From positions 2,080,001 through 2,144,000 of the forward strand of contig CAXXJJ010000001.1 of the NCBI GenBank assembly GCA_963667015.2: a DNA stretch of 64,000 nt, read 5' to 3'. Positions 8,225 to 20,202 of the stretch are shown one piece after another. Both the position numbers and the translations under genes were made by a program. The notes below the pieces were generated by a model. It was not told the origin of the DNA and did no database searches. It worked only from the letters and a program-made list of their open reading frames with translations. Source of the stretch: Desulfatiglandales bacterium. Lineage in GTDB: Bacteria; Desulfobacterota; DSM-4660; Desulfatiglandales; HGW-15. Position 1 is the stretch's first letter. Every line of letters starts with the position of its first letter.

Positions 8225-9619
8225 TCATTTCCCCAGGCAGAATTGGCTGAATATTTTATCATAAAGATCATCACCTGAACCTTCGCCTGTTATCTCTTCA
8301 AGCCCTTCTATTCCGCCTTTCAGATCAAAGGCGATGATCTCCATAGGAGAACCATCTTTAAGGCTGGAAAAGGCATTCCTGAAATGATTCAGTGCATTCA
8401 TTAATGCCGTTTTCTGTCTGATGTTCGGCACGAGATGGTTTTCAATACCAGTATCTGTGCTGATTATCTTTTCTGCTATTATATCTCTCAGTGTCTCTAT
8501 TCCATCCCCGGTGAGTGCCGATATTTTAACAACCGAAACATTCCCTGCTGCCTTTCTGATGTCCTGTTCATCCATCCTGGAGGTGAGATCATTTTTATTG
8601 AGGATGACTATACTGTTTACCTTATCCATGCTGGTTATAATGTCCCGGTCATCATCATTTAAGGGTCTGCTCTGATCAATCACAATCAGCGCTATATCAG
8701 CCTCTTTGAATTTCTTTCTGCTCAGGTTTATGCCGATCTTTTCTATTTCCCCTTTTCCTTCTCTAAGGCCTGCGGTATCTGTTATTTTAAGGGGAATACC
8801 CTTTATGTATATTGTCGTTTCTATAAGATCTCTGGTTGTACCCGGTACTGAAGACACTATGGCCTTTTCTTCCTTTATAAGTTGATTCAGAAGACTTGAT
8901 TTCCCGGCATTTACACGCCCTACGATAACCGTATCAATGCCCTCAACCCAGATTTTTCTTGAAGAATGAGATGCAACGATTTCTTCTATTGGTTTGATAA
9001 CCTCATTTTCCAGCTGTGATATTGCCCCGTCAATGCTGTCCGCTCCAATATCTTCTTCGGGATAGTCAATTGCCACCTCTGTCATTGCCAAAAGGCCCAT
9101 GGCTATATCTCGAAGATTCTTTATCTGCTCTCCTGGAGCTCCCTGCATTTGACGATTTGAAAGGATTATGCCGCGTTCGGATTTGGCATTAACGATATCC
9201 ATAACAGCTTCCGCCTGGAGGAGATCGATTCTGCCATTGATAAATGCCCTGAAGGTAAACTCTCCCGGGTTAGCAAGCCTTATTCCCTGGCCCAGTATAA
9301 TTTGAAGTATCCTGGAAAGAAGAACAGGGCCGCTGTGAGAGTTTATCTCAACTATATCCTCTCTTGTATATGAGTTAGGTGCCTTCATGTACGACAGAAG
9401 CACTTCATCAAGAACCTCTCCAGAAGTATCCATGAAATGACCATGATACAGTCTGTGGCTTTCTATTTTTTTATTTTTTGAAGATCGGAACAGTCTTTCT
9501 GCGGCTGCCAGTGAAAGGGGACCGCTTATTCTTATTATACCAATCCCTGCCATTCCATATGGTGTTGCTATTGCTGCAATTGTATCATTATCAAAAAAGC
9601 TGTCTGGCATGTTAAGCAT
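8225..9619 (-). CDS. mnmE: tRNA modification GTPase MnmE
   Basis: DTIAAIATP, APNSYTREDIVEINSH, GRVNAGKSS, GTTRD, DTAG, NKND, terminal FCLGK. Confidence 0.97.
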   Translation of the reverse strand: MLNMPDSFFDNDTIAAIATPYGMAGIGIIRISGPLSLAAAERLFRSSKNKKIESHRLYHGHFMDTSGEVLDEVLLSYMKAPNSYTREDIVEINSHSGPVLLSRILQIILGQGIRLANPGEFTFRAFINGRIDLLQAEAVMDIVNAKSERGIILSNRQMQGAPGEQIKNLRDIAMGLLAMTEVAIDYPEEDIGADSIDGAISQLENEVIKPIEEIVASHSSRKIWVEGIDTVIVGRVNAGKSSLLNQLIKEEKAIVSSVPGTTRDLIETTIYIKGIPLKITDTAGLREGKGEIEKIGINLSRKKFKEADIALIVIDQSRPLNDDDRDIITSMDKVNSIVILNKNDLTSRMDEQDIRKAAGNVSVVKISALTGDGIETLRDIIAEKIISTDTGIENHLVPNIRQKTALMNALNHFRNAFSSLKDGSPMEIIAFDLKGGIEGLEEITGEGSGDDLYDKIFSQFCLGK

Positions 9620-9689
9620 TGACCGGGATAGAAAAGCATCAATACCGGATACAGGTATTGATGCTTGTTTTCAGGTTGCTGATAACTGT

Positions 9690-10436
9690 TTATCTTTTTG
9701 GTATAACAACGACTCTTTTATGAAGCCCCTCACCCCTGCTTCTTGTTTCAAGTTTTTCCACATTCTTAAGTGCCAGGTGAACAATTCGCCTGTCATGCGG
9801 GTTAAGCGGGCTTGTTGAAAAAGGCTTTTTAAATTTTTTGGCCTTATTACCTATCTTTAATGCCATCTGAGTGAGTGAATCAACCCGTCGCTGCCGATAA
9901 TTTTCAGAATCAATAATAACCTTTATTTTTCTGTCTGCATTCTTGTTGGTTATTTTGTTGACGATGTACTGGAGCGCGTCAAGGGTCTTTCCTTTTCTTC
10001 CGATCAGCAGACCTGATGTGTCTCCTTCAATAACAAGGGATACCTTGCCGTTGGAATAGCTCCCCGAAACGGTTGCTTCAACGGGGATCAGTTTCAGGAT
10101 ATTATCCAGTGCATCTCTTGCTATATTGCAATATTCATTGTCTGCTTCACTGTCTTCCTGGATATCTTCCTGCTCATCCTCCTGAATGCTTTCGATAACG
10201 GTGTCCAGCTGGTCCAGATCATCGTAATTGTTATAGTCATCATCAAAATCATCATCAGCATCTTTTATTATTGTTACCCTGATTTTTGTTTTCCTGGTTC
10301 CCACCAGGCCGAATATACCTGCTGAGCCAGGTTCAATAATATCAAATTCCAGGTTTTCTGCTGGTATATTCAGTTCGCGTGAGGCTTTATTTATTGCTTC
10401 CTCAGCGGTTTTTCCTTCAAATTCATAACTGTCCAT
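9690..10436 (-). CDS. jag: Jag/KhpB (EloR) RNA-binding protein (Jag-KH-R3H)
   Basis: EGKTAEEAI N-terminus, KH motif LLIGRKGKTLDALQY, R3H motif DRRIVH. Downstream of yidC. Confidence 0.95.
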   Translation of the reverse strand: MDSYEFEGKTAEEAINKASRELNIPAENLEFDIIEPGSAGIFGLVGTRKTKIRVTIIKDADDDFDDDYNNYDDLDQLDTVIESIQEDEQEDIQEDSEADNEYCNIARDALDNILKLIPVEATVSGSYSNGKVSLVIEGDTSGLLIGRKGKTLDALQYIVNKITNKNADRKIKVIIDSENYRQRRVDSLTQMALKIGNKAKKFKKPFSTSPLNPHDRRIVHLALKNVEKLETRSRGEGLHKRVVVIPKR

Positions 10437-10452
10437 GAATCTCCTCCAATCC

Positions 10453-12132
10453 CTAATCCGACTTTTTGTTGATAAAATACTGCTGACCTATGGTAAGGAA
10501 ATTTTGCGTCAGCCAATAGAGTGTAAGTCCGGACGGAAAGTTAATAAACATTACCGTAAAAATAAGCGGCATAAACATCATTATTTTTGCCTGAGACGGG
10601 TCGCCTATCATAGGCTGCATCTTTTGCTGGAGAAACATTGAGGCGCCCATTAAAAGAGTCAGTACCGGTATCCCGTAGGGCGGGTCCATAAAAGGGATAC
10701 TGAAGGGAAAACTGAAAAGTCTGTCAGGAGCTGACAGGTCATTTATCCAGAATGCGAAGGGTGCATGCCTTAACTCGATAGAGCTTCCTAAAACTCTATA
10801 CAATGCAAAAAACACGGGGATCTGAATCAGCATCGGAAGACACCCACTCATTGGGTTGACCTTATATGTCCTGTATAAACCCATTAATTCTTTGTTCATC
10901 ATCTCCCGGTTGTCTTTATATTTCTCTCTTATCTTAGCCATTAACGGCTGAAGTTTCTGCATCTCCTTCATTGATTTCTGGCTCTTATGGGTCAGTGGCC
11001 AGAATATAATCTTGATAATTATAGTTAATAAAATAATTGAGAATCCGTAATTATGTAAAAACCCGTTAAAAAAATTAAGTACAAAATGCAGAGGCCCGGC
11101 TATGATACTGAAAAATCCATAGTCTATGGCTTTCCCGAGTTTATGTCCGAAGTCGTTAATTATATCGGTGTCTCTTGGTCCAAGGAATAGATAATATTTC
11201 CTTGAAACTTCAGAAGCACCGGGAAGTTCAACAGGTGTTGAAAAGTGTGTCGCCGTTATAACTCCGGAAGGCTGCATTATGGCTGTAAACCTGGCCTCTT
11301 TCACTTCCTCGGGTGCAACCGCAGAAATAAAATATTCATCCTCATAGGCAAACCAGTCTATATTTCCTGATAAATCAGGTGTGTCGTCATCATCAAGGTC
11401 TCCCGGTTTATAATCCTCTAATTCATTATTAAAGAAAGCGGCTGCTCCCGTGAAGGAGTAATACCTGCCTTTCTGATTTGGCGGAAGATTATTTATTACA
11501 GATTTGATATTACCGTTGATCATGGCCCCTGAACTGTTTGTGATTTTTACATCTGCTGTAATATCATATCCTTCAGGAGCGAAATTGAAGACCTGTTCAA
11601 TGATTATACCCTCGGGCGAAACATACCTGAATGACAGTTCCTCAGGTTTCTGGCCGGGATTTAGGACAATCGAATCTTTGTCTGTTGAAAAGATCAGGTT
11701 ATCTCTATTTTTTACAGATAAACTGTTAAAATAAAAAGAAATATGTTTTTTTGTATATTCCTGCGCTATAAAAAGTTCAACAGGCGGTGAATCTTCATCA
11801 ATTGTGGTCCTGTATTTTTTTAACTTAAAGCCTGTAAGCGAAGGCCCGTTATTTGAAAAGGTTGCTATATACAGAGGTGTTTCGACTGTTATTTCCTTTT
11901 CTTCCACATCCGGAGTGCTGCCTGTATTTTCATCCTGATCCGAAACAATATTTTGGTCGGCCTTAGCCCCCGGTTCTGTTACATCTACAGGTTTGACCGC
12001 TTTATCGATTTGCCCTTCTTGTTGAATCATATTGTTGTCGACTGGAGTTGCCGGTTTCCGCGCAGAAAACTGCATCCAGACAAGAAGAACTATGAAGGAT
12101 AAAACAAAAGCCAGAATTGCTCTTTTTTCCAT
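10453..12132 (-). CDS. yidC: Membrane protein insertase YidC
   Basis: NYGFSIILLTIIIK, KVNPMSGCLPMLIQIPVFFALY, WINDLSAPD, FPSGLTLYW. Confidence 0.97.
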   Translation of the reverse strand: MEKRAILAFVLSFIVLLVWMQFSARKPATPVDNNMIQQEGQIDKAVKPVDVTEPGAKADQNIVSDQDENTGSTPDVEEKEITVETPLYIATFSNNGPSLTGFKLKKYRTTIDEDSPPVELFIAQEYTKKHISFYFNSLSVKNRDNLIFSTDKDSIVLNPGQKPEELSFRYVSPEGIIIEQVFNFAPEGYDITADVKITNSSGAMINGNIKSVINNLPPNQKGRYYSFTGAAAFFNNELEDYKPGDLDDDDTPDLSGNIDWFAYEDEYFISAVAPEEVKEARFTAIMQPSGVITATHFSTPVELPGASEVSRKYYLFLGPRDTDIINDFGHKLGKAIDYGFFSIIAGPLHFVLNFFNGFLHNYGFSIILLTIIIKIIFWPLTHKSQKSMKEMQKLQPLMAKIREKYKDNREMMNKELMGLYRTYKVNPMSGCLPMLIQIPVFFALYRVLGSSIELRHAPFAFWINDLSAPDRLFSFPFSIPFMDPPYGIPVLTLLMGASMFLQQKMQPMIGDPSQAKIMMFMPLIFTVMFINFPSGLTLYWLTQNFLTIGQQYFINKKSD

Positions 12133-12208
12133 TAATAAACCATGTTTTCAATTTAAAGCATAATGTGGTTTCATTTAAAGTTTAATAATGAAACTTTATT
12201 ATGTTAAA

Positions 12209-12454
12209 TTAAGGTAAAGGGTTATAGCCTCCAGGATGAAATGGATTGCATTTGATTATCCTGATGAAAGACAATAGTGCACCTTTAAACACCCCGTATT
12301 TTTTAAATGCTAGACAGGCATATACAGAACAAGAAGGATAAAACCGGCAAGATGGTCCTATAAGGGGGGAAATAATTTTCTGGTATAAATATATAATCCC
12401 GATAGGTATATACCTAAGATTATAAATCAGATCCTTTATCAAGGAAAATTTCAC
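12209..12454 (-). CDS. yidD: Membrane protein insertion efficiency factor YidD (start uncertain)
   Basis: YQKIISP...[10 protein letters not shown]...[13 protein letters not shown]. Confidence 0.93.
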   Translation of the reverse strand: MKFSLIKDLIYNLRYIPIGIIYLYQKIISPLIGPSCRFYPSCSVYACLAFKKYGVFKGALLSFIRIIKCNPFHPGGYNPLP

Positions 12455-12770
12455 CCAGTTCCTCTTTAATATCAGTGTAGTTCAGAAGGAAGGAATTTTT
12501 TTTCCCAATGATTACAATGTCACAGTCCCTGGAAAGATGATGTTTGTTCAACCTGAAGAATTCTCTTGCAAGCCTTTTAATCCTGTTCCGTTTGACTGCG
12601 TTACCAATCTTTTTAGTTACGGTTACTCCCAGTCTGTTTATACCTGTCTCATTTTCCTTAACAATTACTAAAAAGTGTTTTGTGTGATATCTTTTCCCTA
12701 AGCGATTTAGATTGACAAAATCCTTTCTGTTCAATACCCTTTCTCGTTTAGGGAATGAGTGATGTCTCAT
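12420..12770 (-). CDS. rnpA: Ribonuclease P protein component
   Basis: [21 protein letters not shown] (RNR motif). Confidence 0.96.
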   Translation of the reverse strand: MRHHSFPKRERVLNRKDFVNLNRLGKRYHTKHFLVIVKENETGINRLGVTVTKKIGNAVKRNRIKRLAREFFRLNKHHLSRDCDIVIIGKKNSFLLNYTDIKEELGEIFLDKGSDL

Positions 12771-12777
12771 AAAAAAG

Positions 12778-12912
12778 TTAGACAGTCAGGCGTTTTCGAC
12801 CTTTGGCTCTTCTTCTTTTTAATACTTTGATACCACCATTGGTGCTCATTCTTGCTCTGAAGCCATGTGTACGGGCTTTTTTAATATTACTCGGTTGAAA
12901 AGTTCGTTTCAT
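12778..12912 (-). CDS. rpmH: 50S ribosomal protein L34 (absent from the supplied ORF track)
   Basis: Manual translation [44 protein letters not shown]. Canonical position upstream of rnpA. Confidence 0.97.
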   Translation of the reverse strand: MKRTFQPSNIKKARTHGFRARMSTNGGIKVLKRRRAKGRKRLTV

Positions 12913-13057
12913 TTTTTTATGCCTTCTTATATAATTGGTTTTATGTTAAACAATTATTTAACCGTAATACTTTTTTTTTGTCAAGATCATAAAAATATTT
13001 TACTGTAGCTTAATAAAAGTCTATAACTAACATCTTGTATATATTAAATATTTCTGA

Positions 13058-14104
<1,047 letters not shown>

Positions 14105-14154
14105 TTTATTTTTGAAAAAACAAATACCTGGAACCTGGGAGGCTTACCTTATCA

Positions 14155-14997
14155 TTGTTTTCTAGCAGGCGAACAAAACAGATCTTGATATGGGGTTTTT
14201 TACTGATCCTTGCGCTTATATTCCTTTCGTCCAATGTGGAGAGATCTAAATCGTGGAATCCGGTAGCAGGAGTTTTAATCGAAATGCTTGCACCGGTTCA
14301 GAAGGTTGTAAAAGGTACAGTGAATTTTACGACTGGATTGTGGAGTAAATATATCGGTTTGATAAATACCCACGATGAGAATATAAGGCTGAAAAAGGAA
14401 ATCGATCGATTGATGATAGAGAATTCCAGGTCCAGGGAATTGCTTTCAACATACAAACGTCTTCAGGAACTTTTAAATTTCAGGGGTGACTCTGACGAAA
14501 CCGCTCTTGCCGCGCAGGTTATTGGTCGTGATCCGACAGGGTTCAAGTCAATCATTATTGACAAAGGCAGTAATGCCGGGATCAAAGAGAATATGCCTGT
14601 TTTTAATGCAAAGGGTGTTGTCGGTCAGATCGTTTCCGTTTCATATAATTATTCAAAGGTATTGCTTCTAATCGACCAGAACAGCGCTGTAGACTGTATT
14701 ATTGAACGATCCAGGGACAGTGGTATTGTGAAAGGAGTGTCTTCCAAGATATGTACTCTTGATTATGTTCTCAAGACAAGCGATGTTAGCGTTGGAGATC
14801 TGGTTATAACCTCCGGACTCGACAGGATCTTCCCCAAGGGGAATAGTGTGGGTGTAGTTACTAAGGTTGAGGATACCCCAGGGGAGTTATTCAAAAATGT
14901 AACAATAAAACCTTCGGTTGATTTTTCAAAGCTGGAGGAGGTCCTGGTTCTTTTAAGGGAGGATCCGTTATCAAAACCAGTGAAAGAAAAACAATAA
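14155..14997 (+). CDS. mreC: Rod shape-determining protein MreC
   Basis: TM helix, coiled coil, IIIDKGS..GI, GVVG, ITSGLD.IFPKG. Follows mreB. Confidence 0.95.
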   Translation: MFSSRRTKQILIWGFLLILALIFLSSNVERSKSWNPVAGVLIEMLAPVQKVVKGTVNFTTGLWSKYIGLINTHDENIRLKKEIDRLMIENSRSRELLSTYKRLQELLNFRGDSDETALAAQVIGRDPTGFKSIIIDKGSNAGIKENMPVFNAKGVVGQIVSVSYNYSKVLLLIDQNSAVDCIIERSRDSGIVKGVSSKICTLDYVLKTSDVSVGDLVITSGLDRIFPKGNSVGVVTKVEDTPGELFKNVTIKPSVDFSKLEEVLVLLREDPLSKPVKEKQ

Positions 14998-15065
14998 TCT
15001 ATGTTCTGATCGTTTGGTTTGCATCAACTTTTTTTTTATTAATCAAAGGAAGTCTGTTTTATTCG

Positions 15066-15494
15066 TTGATTGTAAAAGGTGTTGATATAGACCTTGTTAT
15101 TGTATTTACGGTTTATTTCCTGGCAACGAATGAATCAAGCCCGGTTATATTTGCATTCTTACAGGGATTTTTACTCGATATCCTTTCAGGAAGCGTCCCG
15201 GGATTTTTTACACTTGTTTATCTGCTTGTTTATTTTTGTATTAGAATCGCCTCTCATCCGATTGATTTACTTTCACCTGTTGGAAGGGCTGCTGTTGTTT
15301 TTATTGCGGTTATTATAAAAGAATTGATTACGTTATTATTTCTGAATCTTTTTTCTTTTCGATACCTGTTTACAGCAGACTCTCTGATATCTCTTTCTCT
15401 TTCCGCAGTGTTAACGAGCATATTATCCATTATTATTTATCATCTTCTCAAAATATCTTCTGCTGTAGTTTCATCTGTGGAGGTAGATGTATAG
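15066..15494 (+). CDS. mreD: Rod shape-determining protein MreD (true start probably further upstream)
   Basis: Very hydrophobic, FAFLQGFLLDILSG motif, between mreC and mrdA. Frame is open back past 14994. Confidence 0.85.
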   Translation: MIVKGVDIDLVIVFTVYFLATNESSPVIFAFLQGFLLDILSGSVPGFFTLVYLLVYFCIRIASHPIDLLSPVGRAAVVFIAVIIKELITLLFLNLFSFRYLFTADSLISLSLSAVLTSILSIIIYHLLKISSAVVSSVEVDV

Positions 15495-15537
15495 ATGGAG
15501 ATGATGATAATTAGGTATTCACAAAAAGGAGCATCAG

Positions 15538-17373
15538 GTGCGGACCTCAGGATTTGATCCGGTACTAGCGGAAATAATAGGCCGACGCTTAAAGGTAATA
15601 ACAGTTTTTGTTATTGTTATTCTTTCGGTTTTGCTGCTGAGGTTGTGGTTCCTCCAGATAATAAACGGGCCTTCTTACAGGACCCAGTCGGAAAATAACA
15701 GGATACATCTTCAGAGAATTCCTCCGCTCAGGGGAGATATCATGGACAGGAACGGTGAACTGTTAGTTGACAACCGGCCTTCATATGACCTTTATATTAT
15801 CCCTGAAGACATTCAGGATCAGGAGAAGTTAAAGGCAAATCTACAGGGCCTCATATCTCTGGAGCCTGACCAGTTTGATAAAAAACGTAAAAAGGCACAC
15901 TCAAGACAGCCATTTAACCCTGTCCTTATTAAAAAGAATATGACCAGGGAAGAACTGGCTGTGATAGAAGTTAACCTTTTTAACCTGCCGGGCATTCTTG
16001 AACCACAGGTAAGATATCAAAGAAATTATATATACGGGGCATTTGCCCCCCACATAATCGGTTACCTTGGCGAGATAAGCGAAATTCAGCTGAAAAGCGG
16101 AAAATATCCAAATAATACTGCGGGAGATTATATTGGCGCAACCGGTATTGAGCGTAAATGGCAGAATCAGTTAAACGGAATGAGCGGTGGCAGGCAGATC
16201 GAAGTAGATGCCGCTGGCAGAAAATTAGGGTCGCTTGCCCCCCAGAAACCGGCAGTGCCTGGATATAATATTATCCTCACTATTGATAAGGACCTGCAAC
16301 TCCTTGCAGAAAGTCTGTTAAAGGAAAAGACCGGAACGGTTGTAGCACTTGATCCAAATACCGGAGAAGTCCTGGCCATGGCTAACAGCCCTGCTTTTGA
16401 TCCTAATAAATTTATCGGAGGTATCAATCCTGCAGACTGGAATGAAATGCTGAACAACCCGGCGCATCCTTTTCTGAACAGGGCTATAGGAAGTCAGTAT
16501 CCTCCTGGATCAATATTCAAGATTGTGGTAGCCCTTGCCGGACTTGAAGAAGGTGAGATAGATCCTGAAGAGGAAATATTTTGTAACGGAACATATCAAC
16601 TTGGAAATCATACCTTTGACTGCTGGAAAAAAAAATTTGGCGGCCATGGCAATGTTAATCTTCACGATGCAATAATGGGGTCATGTGATGTCTATTTTTA
16701 TAAAATAGGCAAGAGGCTTGGTATCGATGCCATAGCAAAATATGCAAGGATGTTTGGGCTGGACAGAAAAACAAATATTGATCTGAGCGGTGAGGTAGGA
16801 GGTATCATACCTGACACAGAGTGGAAATTAAAAAGAGACGGTATTCCATGGCAACAGGGGGATACAGTACTGGCTGCCATGGGGCAAAGTTATATTACTG
16901 TAACGCCTGTTCAGATGGCAAGCATGATATCTACGGTATTTAACGGGGGAAAGATATATAAGCCAAGTATTGTTAAAAGGGTGGGGAGTGATACTGACAC
17001 CGAATATGAATTTACTCCTACCCTTCAGGGTAAACTGGATGTCAGCGCTGAAAATCTGGAAATAATAAAACAGGCTCTTATAGCTGTTGTTAATGATCCT
17101 AAAGGCACGGGAGATAATGCCAAAATTAAAGGCATAACTGTTGCAGGGAAGACCGGAACAGCAGAAGTCGCTAACAAGGATAAAATAAAAACTCTTTATT
17201 CTGAAAATGAAGTTCCGGATAAACTCCTGCCGCATGGATGGTTTGCTGCAATAGCACCTGCTGAAGACCCTGAAATAGCTATCGCCGTGCTGGTTGAGAA
17301 CGGTGAAGGGGGAAATAAAGCCGCCGCCCCGATTGCCGGTGAGCTGATAAAACAATATCTTCAAAAAAAATAA
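15538..17373 (+). CDS. mrdA: Penicillin-binding protein 2
   Basis: RLWFLQI, RGDIMDRNG, SxxK (GSIFK), SCD, KTGTA. Confidence 0.96.
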   Translation: MRTSGFDPVLAEIIGRRLKVITVFVIVILSVLLLRLWFLQIINGPSYRTQSENNRIHLQRIPPLRGDIMDRNGELLVDNRPSYDLYIIPEDIQDQEKLKANLQGLISLEPDQFDKKRKKAHSRQPFNPVLIKKNMTREELAVIEVNLFNLPGILEPQVRYQRNYIYGAFAPHIIGYLGEISEIQLKSGKYPNNTAGDYIGATGIERKWQNQLNGMSGGRQIEVDAAGRKLGSLAPQKPAVPGYNIILTIDKDLQLLAESLLKEKTGTVVALDPNTGEVLAMANSPAFDPNKFIGGINPADWNEMLNNPAHPFLNRAIGSQYPPGSIFKIVVALAGLEEGEIDPEEEIFCNGTYQLGNHTFDCWKKKFGGHGNVNLHDAIMGSCDVYFYKIGKRLGIDAIAKYARMFGLDRKTNIDLSGEVGGIIPDTEWKLKRDGIPWQQGDTVLAAMGQSYITVTPVQMASMISTVFNGGKIYKPSIVKRVGSDTDTEYEFTPTLQGKLDVSAENLEIIKQALIAVVNDPKGTGDNAKIKGITVAGKTGTAEVANKDKIKTLYSENEVPDKLLPHGWFAAIAPAEDPEIAIAVLVENGEGGNKAAAPIAGELIKQYLQKK

Positions 17374-17398
17374 ACTTGGACAGGTATAATTATTAATT

Positions 17399-18502
17399 AT
17401 GTTTGATAGAAGGCTACTTCAAAATTTTGACTGGGTTTTATTGCTGCTGCTTTTGCTTATCGCCACCGTAAGTCTGATAAATCTATACAGCGCTACATAT
17501 CCTATACGTGATGCAGGAGGATATCAGATATTTATTAAACAGATTTACTGGTTTGTGATCGGTTTTGCTATTTTTTTTATGATGACCATATTCGATTATC
17601 ATATCATTGAAAGAGCGGCATATCCGATTTATTTTTTTTCGATAGGGCTGCTTATTCTTGTGCTTATACTGGGAAAGGTTTTTTCCGGTGGGCAGAGATG
17701 GATAAGTGTAGCCGGAATATCGTTTCAACCATCAGAATTTGCCAAAATAGCCATGGTAGTAATACTGTCAAAATATTTTGCAGGCCAGGGTGAGTATACC
17801 GAATACAGGCTCAGGGATCTCTGGCGGCCTGCTATTTTAATAGCTATACCATTTGCCCTGATTGTAAAGGAGCCAGACCTTGGTACTGCCCTGATGCTTG
17901 TAATTATTTTCGTGTCTATCCTTCTTTTTATGAAGATAAACTGGAAATCGCTTGCTATTGTTCTTGCTGTTTCAATTCCTTCCATACCCCTGTTGTGGTT
18001 TACACTTAAAGAATATCAGCAAAAAAGAATACTTACATTTATTAAACCGGAAAATGATCCTCTTGGGGCAGGTTATCATATTATTCAGTCAAAGATAGCT
18101 GTCGGTTCGGGACTTTTATGGGGAAAGGGATATCTGAAGGGTACACAGACAAGGCTACATTTTCTTCCTGAACAGCATTCAGATTTTGCGTTTTCGGTCC
18201 TTGCTGAAGAGTGGGGCTTTACAGGCTCATTCGTGTTGATCATTCTTTACCTGTTTTTAATTCTCTGGAGTCTTAATATCGCAAAAAGTTCTAAAGATAT
18301 GTTCGGGTCAATAATGACTGTCGGAATTATTTCCATAGTCTTCTGGCAGTTGGTCATAAATATAAGCATGACAATCGGGCTTATGCCGGTGGTGGGCATT
18401 CCACTGGTATTTTTCAGCTCCGGGGGATCCTCGATCATCAGTGCGATGATTGGGATGGGGCTACTTATGAATATCAGTATGAGAAGATTTATGTTTCAGT
18501 AG
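17399..18502 (+). CDS. rodA: Rod shape-determining SEDS protein RodA
   Basis: QPSEFAK, EPDLGT, GYHIIQSKIAVGSG, LPEQHSDF, GLMPVVGIPL. Confidence 0.96.
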   Translation: MFDRRLLQNFDWVLLLLLLLIATVSLINLYSATYPIRDAGGYQIFIKQIYWFVIGFAIFFMMTIFDYHIIERAAYPIYFFSIGLLILVLILGKVFSGGQRWISVAGISFQPSEFAKIAMVVILSKYFAGQGEYTEYRLRDLWRPAILIAIPFALIVKEPDLGTALMLVIIFVSILLFMKINWKSLAIVLAVSIPSIPLLWFTLKEYQQKRILTFIKPENDPLGAGYHIIQSKIAVGSGLLWGKGYLKGTQTRLHFLPEQHSDFAFSVLAEEWGFTGSFVLIILYLFLILWSLNIAKSSKDMFGSIMTVGIISIVFWQLVINISMTIGLMPVVGIPLVFFSSGGSSIISAMIGMGLLMNISMRRFMFQ

Positions 18503-18655
18503 TAAGAATTAAGCCTGACATGTGTTGGATTATGGTTATGAGCGTTATTTGTCTTTAAATTTATACTAAATGCCTGAACCGTTAATATATTTGTATTTTT
18601 TCTTGCATTCAAAAAACCGATATGATATCTCCCAAAAAAAAAATAGAGGAATAGC

Positions 18656-19024
18656 ATGAAAAATAAAGACCAGATAAATGCATTCCTGGGTAAAGATACG
18701 GAATTTGAAGGAAAATTGTCCTTTAAAGGTTTTGTAAGGATAGACGGTCGATTTACCGGTGAGATATTTTCCGAAGGGATCTTGAGCGTCGGTGAAACTG
18801 CGATAATCCGGTCTGATATCCATGTTTCTCATATAATAATCAGCGGTGAAATCAGAGGCAATATCATAGCTGATAACAGAATCGAAATTCACTCTCCCGG
18901 GAAAGTTTTCGGTAATATTCAGGCCCCTGCTGTTATTATAGAAGAAGGTGTAATTTTTGAAGGTAACTGCAGGATGCAAAAAATTGATAAAGATCAGGAC
19001 AAAAAGCTTGCTGTAATCAGTTAA
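18656..19024 (+). CDS. Bactofilin (polymer-forming cytoskeletal protein)
   Basis: FLGKDTEFEGKLSF.G.VRIDG.F.G.I ... IEEGVIFEGNC.M beta-helix pattern. Confidence 0.92.
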   Translation: MKNKDQINAFLGKDTEFEGKLSFKGFVRIDGRFTGEIFSEGILSVGETAIIRSDIHVSHIIISGEIRGNIIADNRIEIHSPGKVFGNIQAPAVIIEEGVIFEGNCRMQKIDKDQDKKLAVIS

Positions 19025-19114
19025 GCGCTGGTTCCCCGAACAGTAAGGGTTTTCTTTCTTCCTGTTTTTTATATTACTTTAACTTATATCATTGTTCAGT
19101 AAATAGAGAGTACT

Positions 19115-19543
19115 ATGCCAGAATTTAATACTTTGTCGATATTGATTCAGATGATAAATTTTTTGGTTCTCCTTATTCTTCTCAATATTATTGTTTATAA
19201 ACCTATCAGAGGAATGCTTAAGAAACGAAAGGAAGAAATAGATTCTTCATCAAACCTTACTGATGAATTGAAGAGAAACATTGAAAAATATTCTACCGAG
19301 ATAGAGGAAAATATTGATTCCACCAGAAAGCTGGGACTGAAAGAACGGATAGGTTTAAGGAATAATGGTTTAGCTGCTGAAAAAGAACTTCTCCAGGACG
19401 CATATTCACAGGTTGAAGAAGCACTTGGAAAAGCAAAAAATGAAATAAAGGAAAAGATTAACAACGCCAGGACATCATTACAAAATGAGATGGAAAGCTT
19501 TTCCCATGAACTGGCCGAAAAGATACTCGGGAGAAGCCTGTAA
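19115..19543 (+). CDS. atpF: ATP synthase F0 subunit b'
   Basis: LIQMINFLVLLILLNIIVYKPI, then coiled coil ending LAEKILGR. Confidence 0.9.
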   Translation: MPEFNTLSILIQMINFLVLLILLNIIVYKPIRGMLKKRKEEIDSSSNLTDELKRNIEKYSTEIEENIDSTRKLGLKERIGLRNNGLAAEKELLQDAYSQVEEALGKAKNEIKEKINNARTSLQNEMESFSHELAEKILGRSL

Positions 19544-20202
19544 TGATCTCTATGACAAAAAACATTCCTGTAATTTTAATATTCTTGTTACTAATTTCAC
19601 TTCCAATTTTTGGTGAGGAAACTTCTCATTCATCTTCTACTGCAGCAGAAACACACGTTACTGATACCGGTTCATCGATAGCAGAAGGACATGGTGAAGG
19701 GCATTCTGCTGAAAGTAACGGAGATCTCCTGGATCTGTTATACCGCTTTATTTGTTTTGCTGTTCTTGTAATCGTCCTTGTTATAGTATTTAGAAAGGCA
19801 AAGCTTCTAGATTATTTTTCTACAAGAAGTGGAGAAATAAAGAAAAAATTTGAAGATCTTAAAAGAGATAAAGATGAGGCTGAAAGAAAATACAGGGAAG
19901 TCGAAGAACAGTTAAAAAATTTTGAAGCAAAAAGAAATGATATTATAGAGCAATACCGACAGGAAGGTGTGAAGGAAAAAGACAGGATCATTTCCGAGGC
20001 AAAGGAACGGGTCCAACAGATAATTGTCCAGTCGGAAATAACAATAGAACAGGAAATAGAATCTGCAAGAAATCAGTTGAAACAGGATATTATCGATATT
20101 GCATCACAAAGGGCACAGGACATCCTGGTAAAAGAAATTAATGAAAAAGACCAGGAAAATATGGTATCTGAATTTGTAGAAAAGGTGGGTAAAGTAAATT
20201 GA
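19543..20202 (+). CDS. atpF: ATP synthase F0 subunit b
   Basis: Signal-like N-terminus, His-rich linker, TM helix and coiled coil. Precedes atpH. Confidence 0.9.
   Translation: MISMTKNIPVILIFLLLISLPIFGEETSHSSSTAAETHVTDTGSSIAEGHGEGHSAESNGDLLDLLYRFICFAVLVIVLVIVFRKAKLLDYFSTRSGEIKKKFEDLKRDKDEAERKYREVEEQLKNFEAKRNDIIEQYRQEGVKEKDRIISEAKERVQQIIVQSEITIEQEIESARNQLKQDIIDIASQRAQDILVKEINEKDQENMVSEFVEKVGKVN

Noticed and set aside
10130..10262. Asp/Glu-rich low-complexity stretch in jag
   Set aside because: The Jag-KH linker is normally variable and low-complexity.
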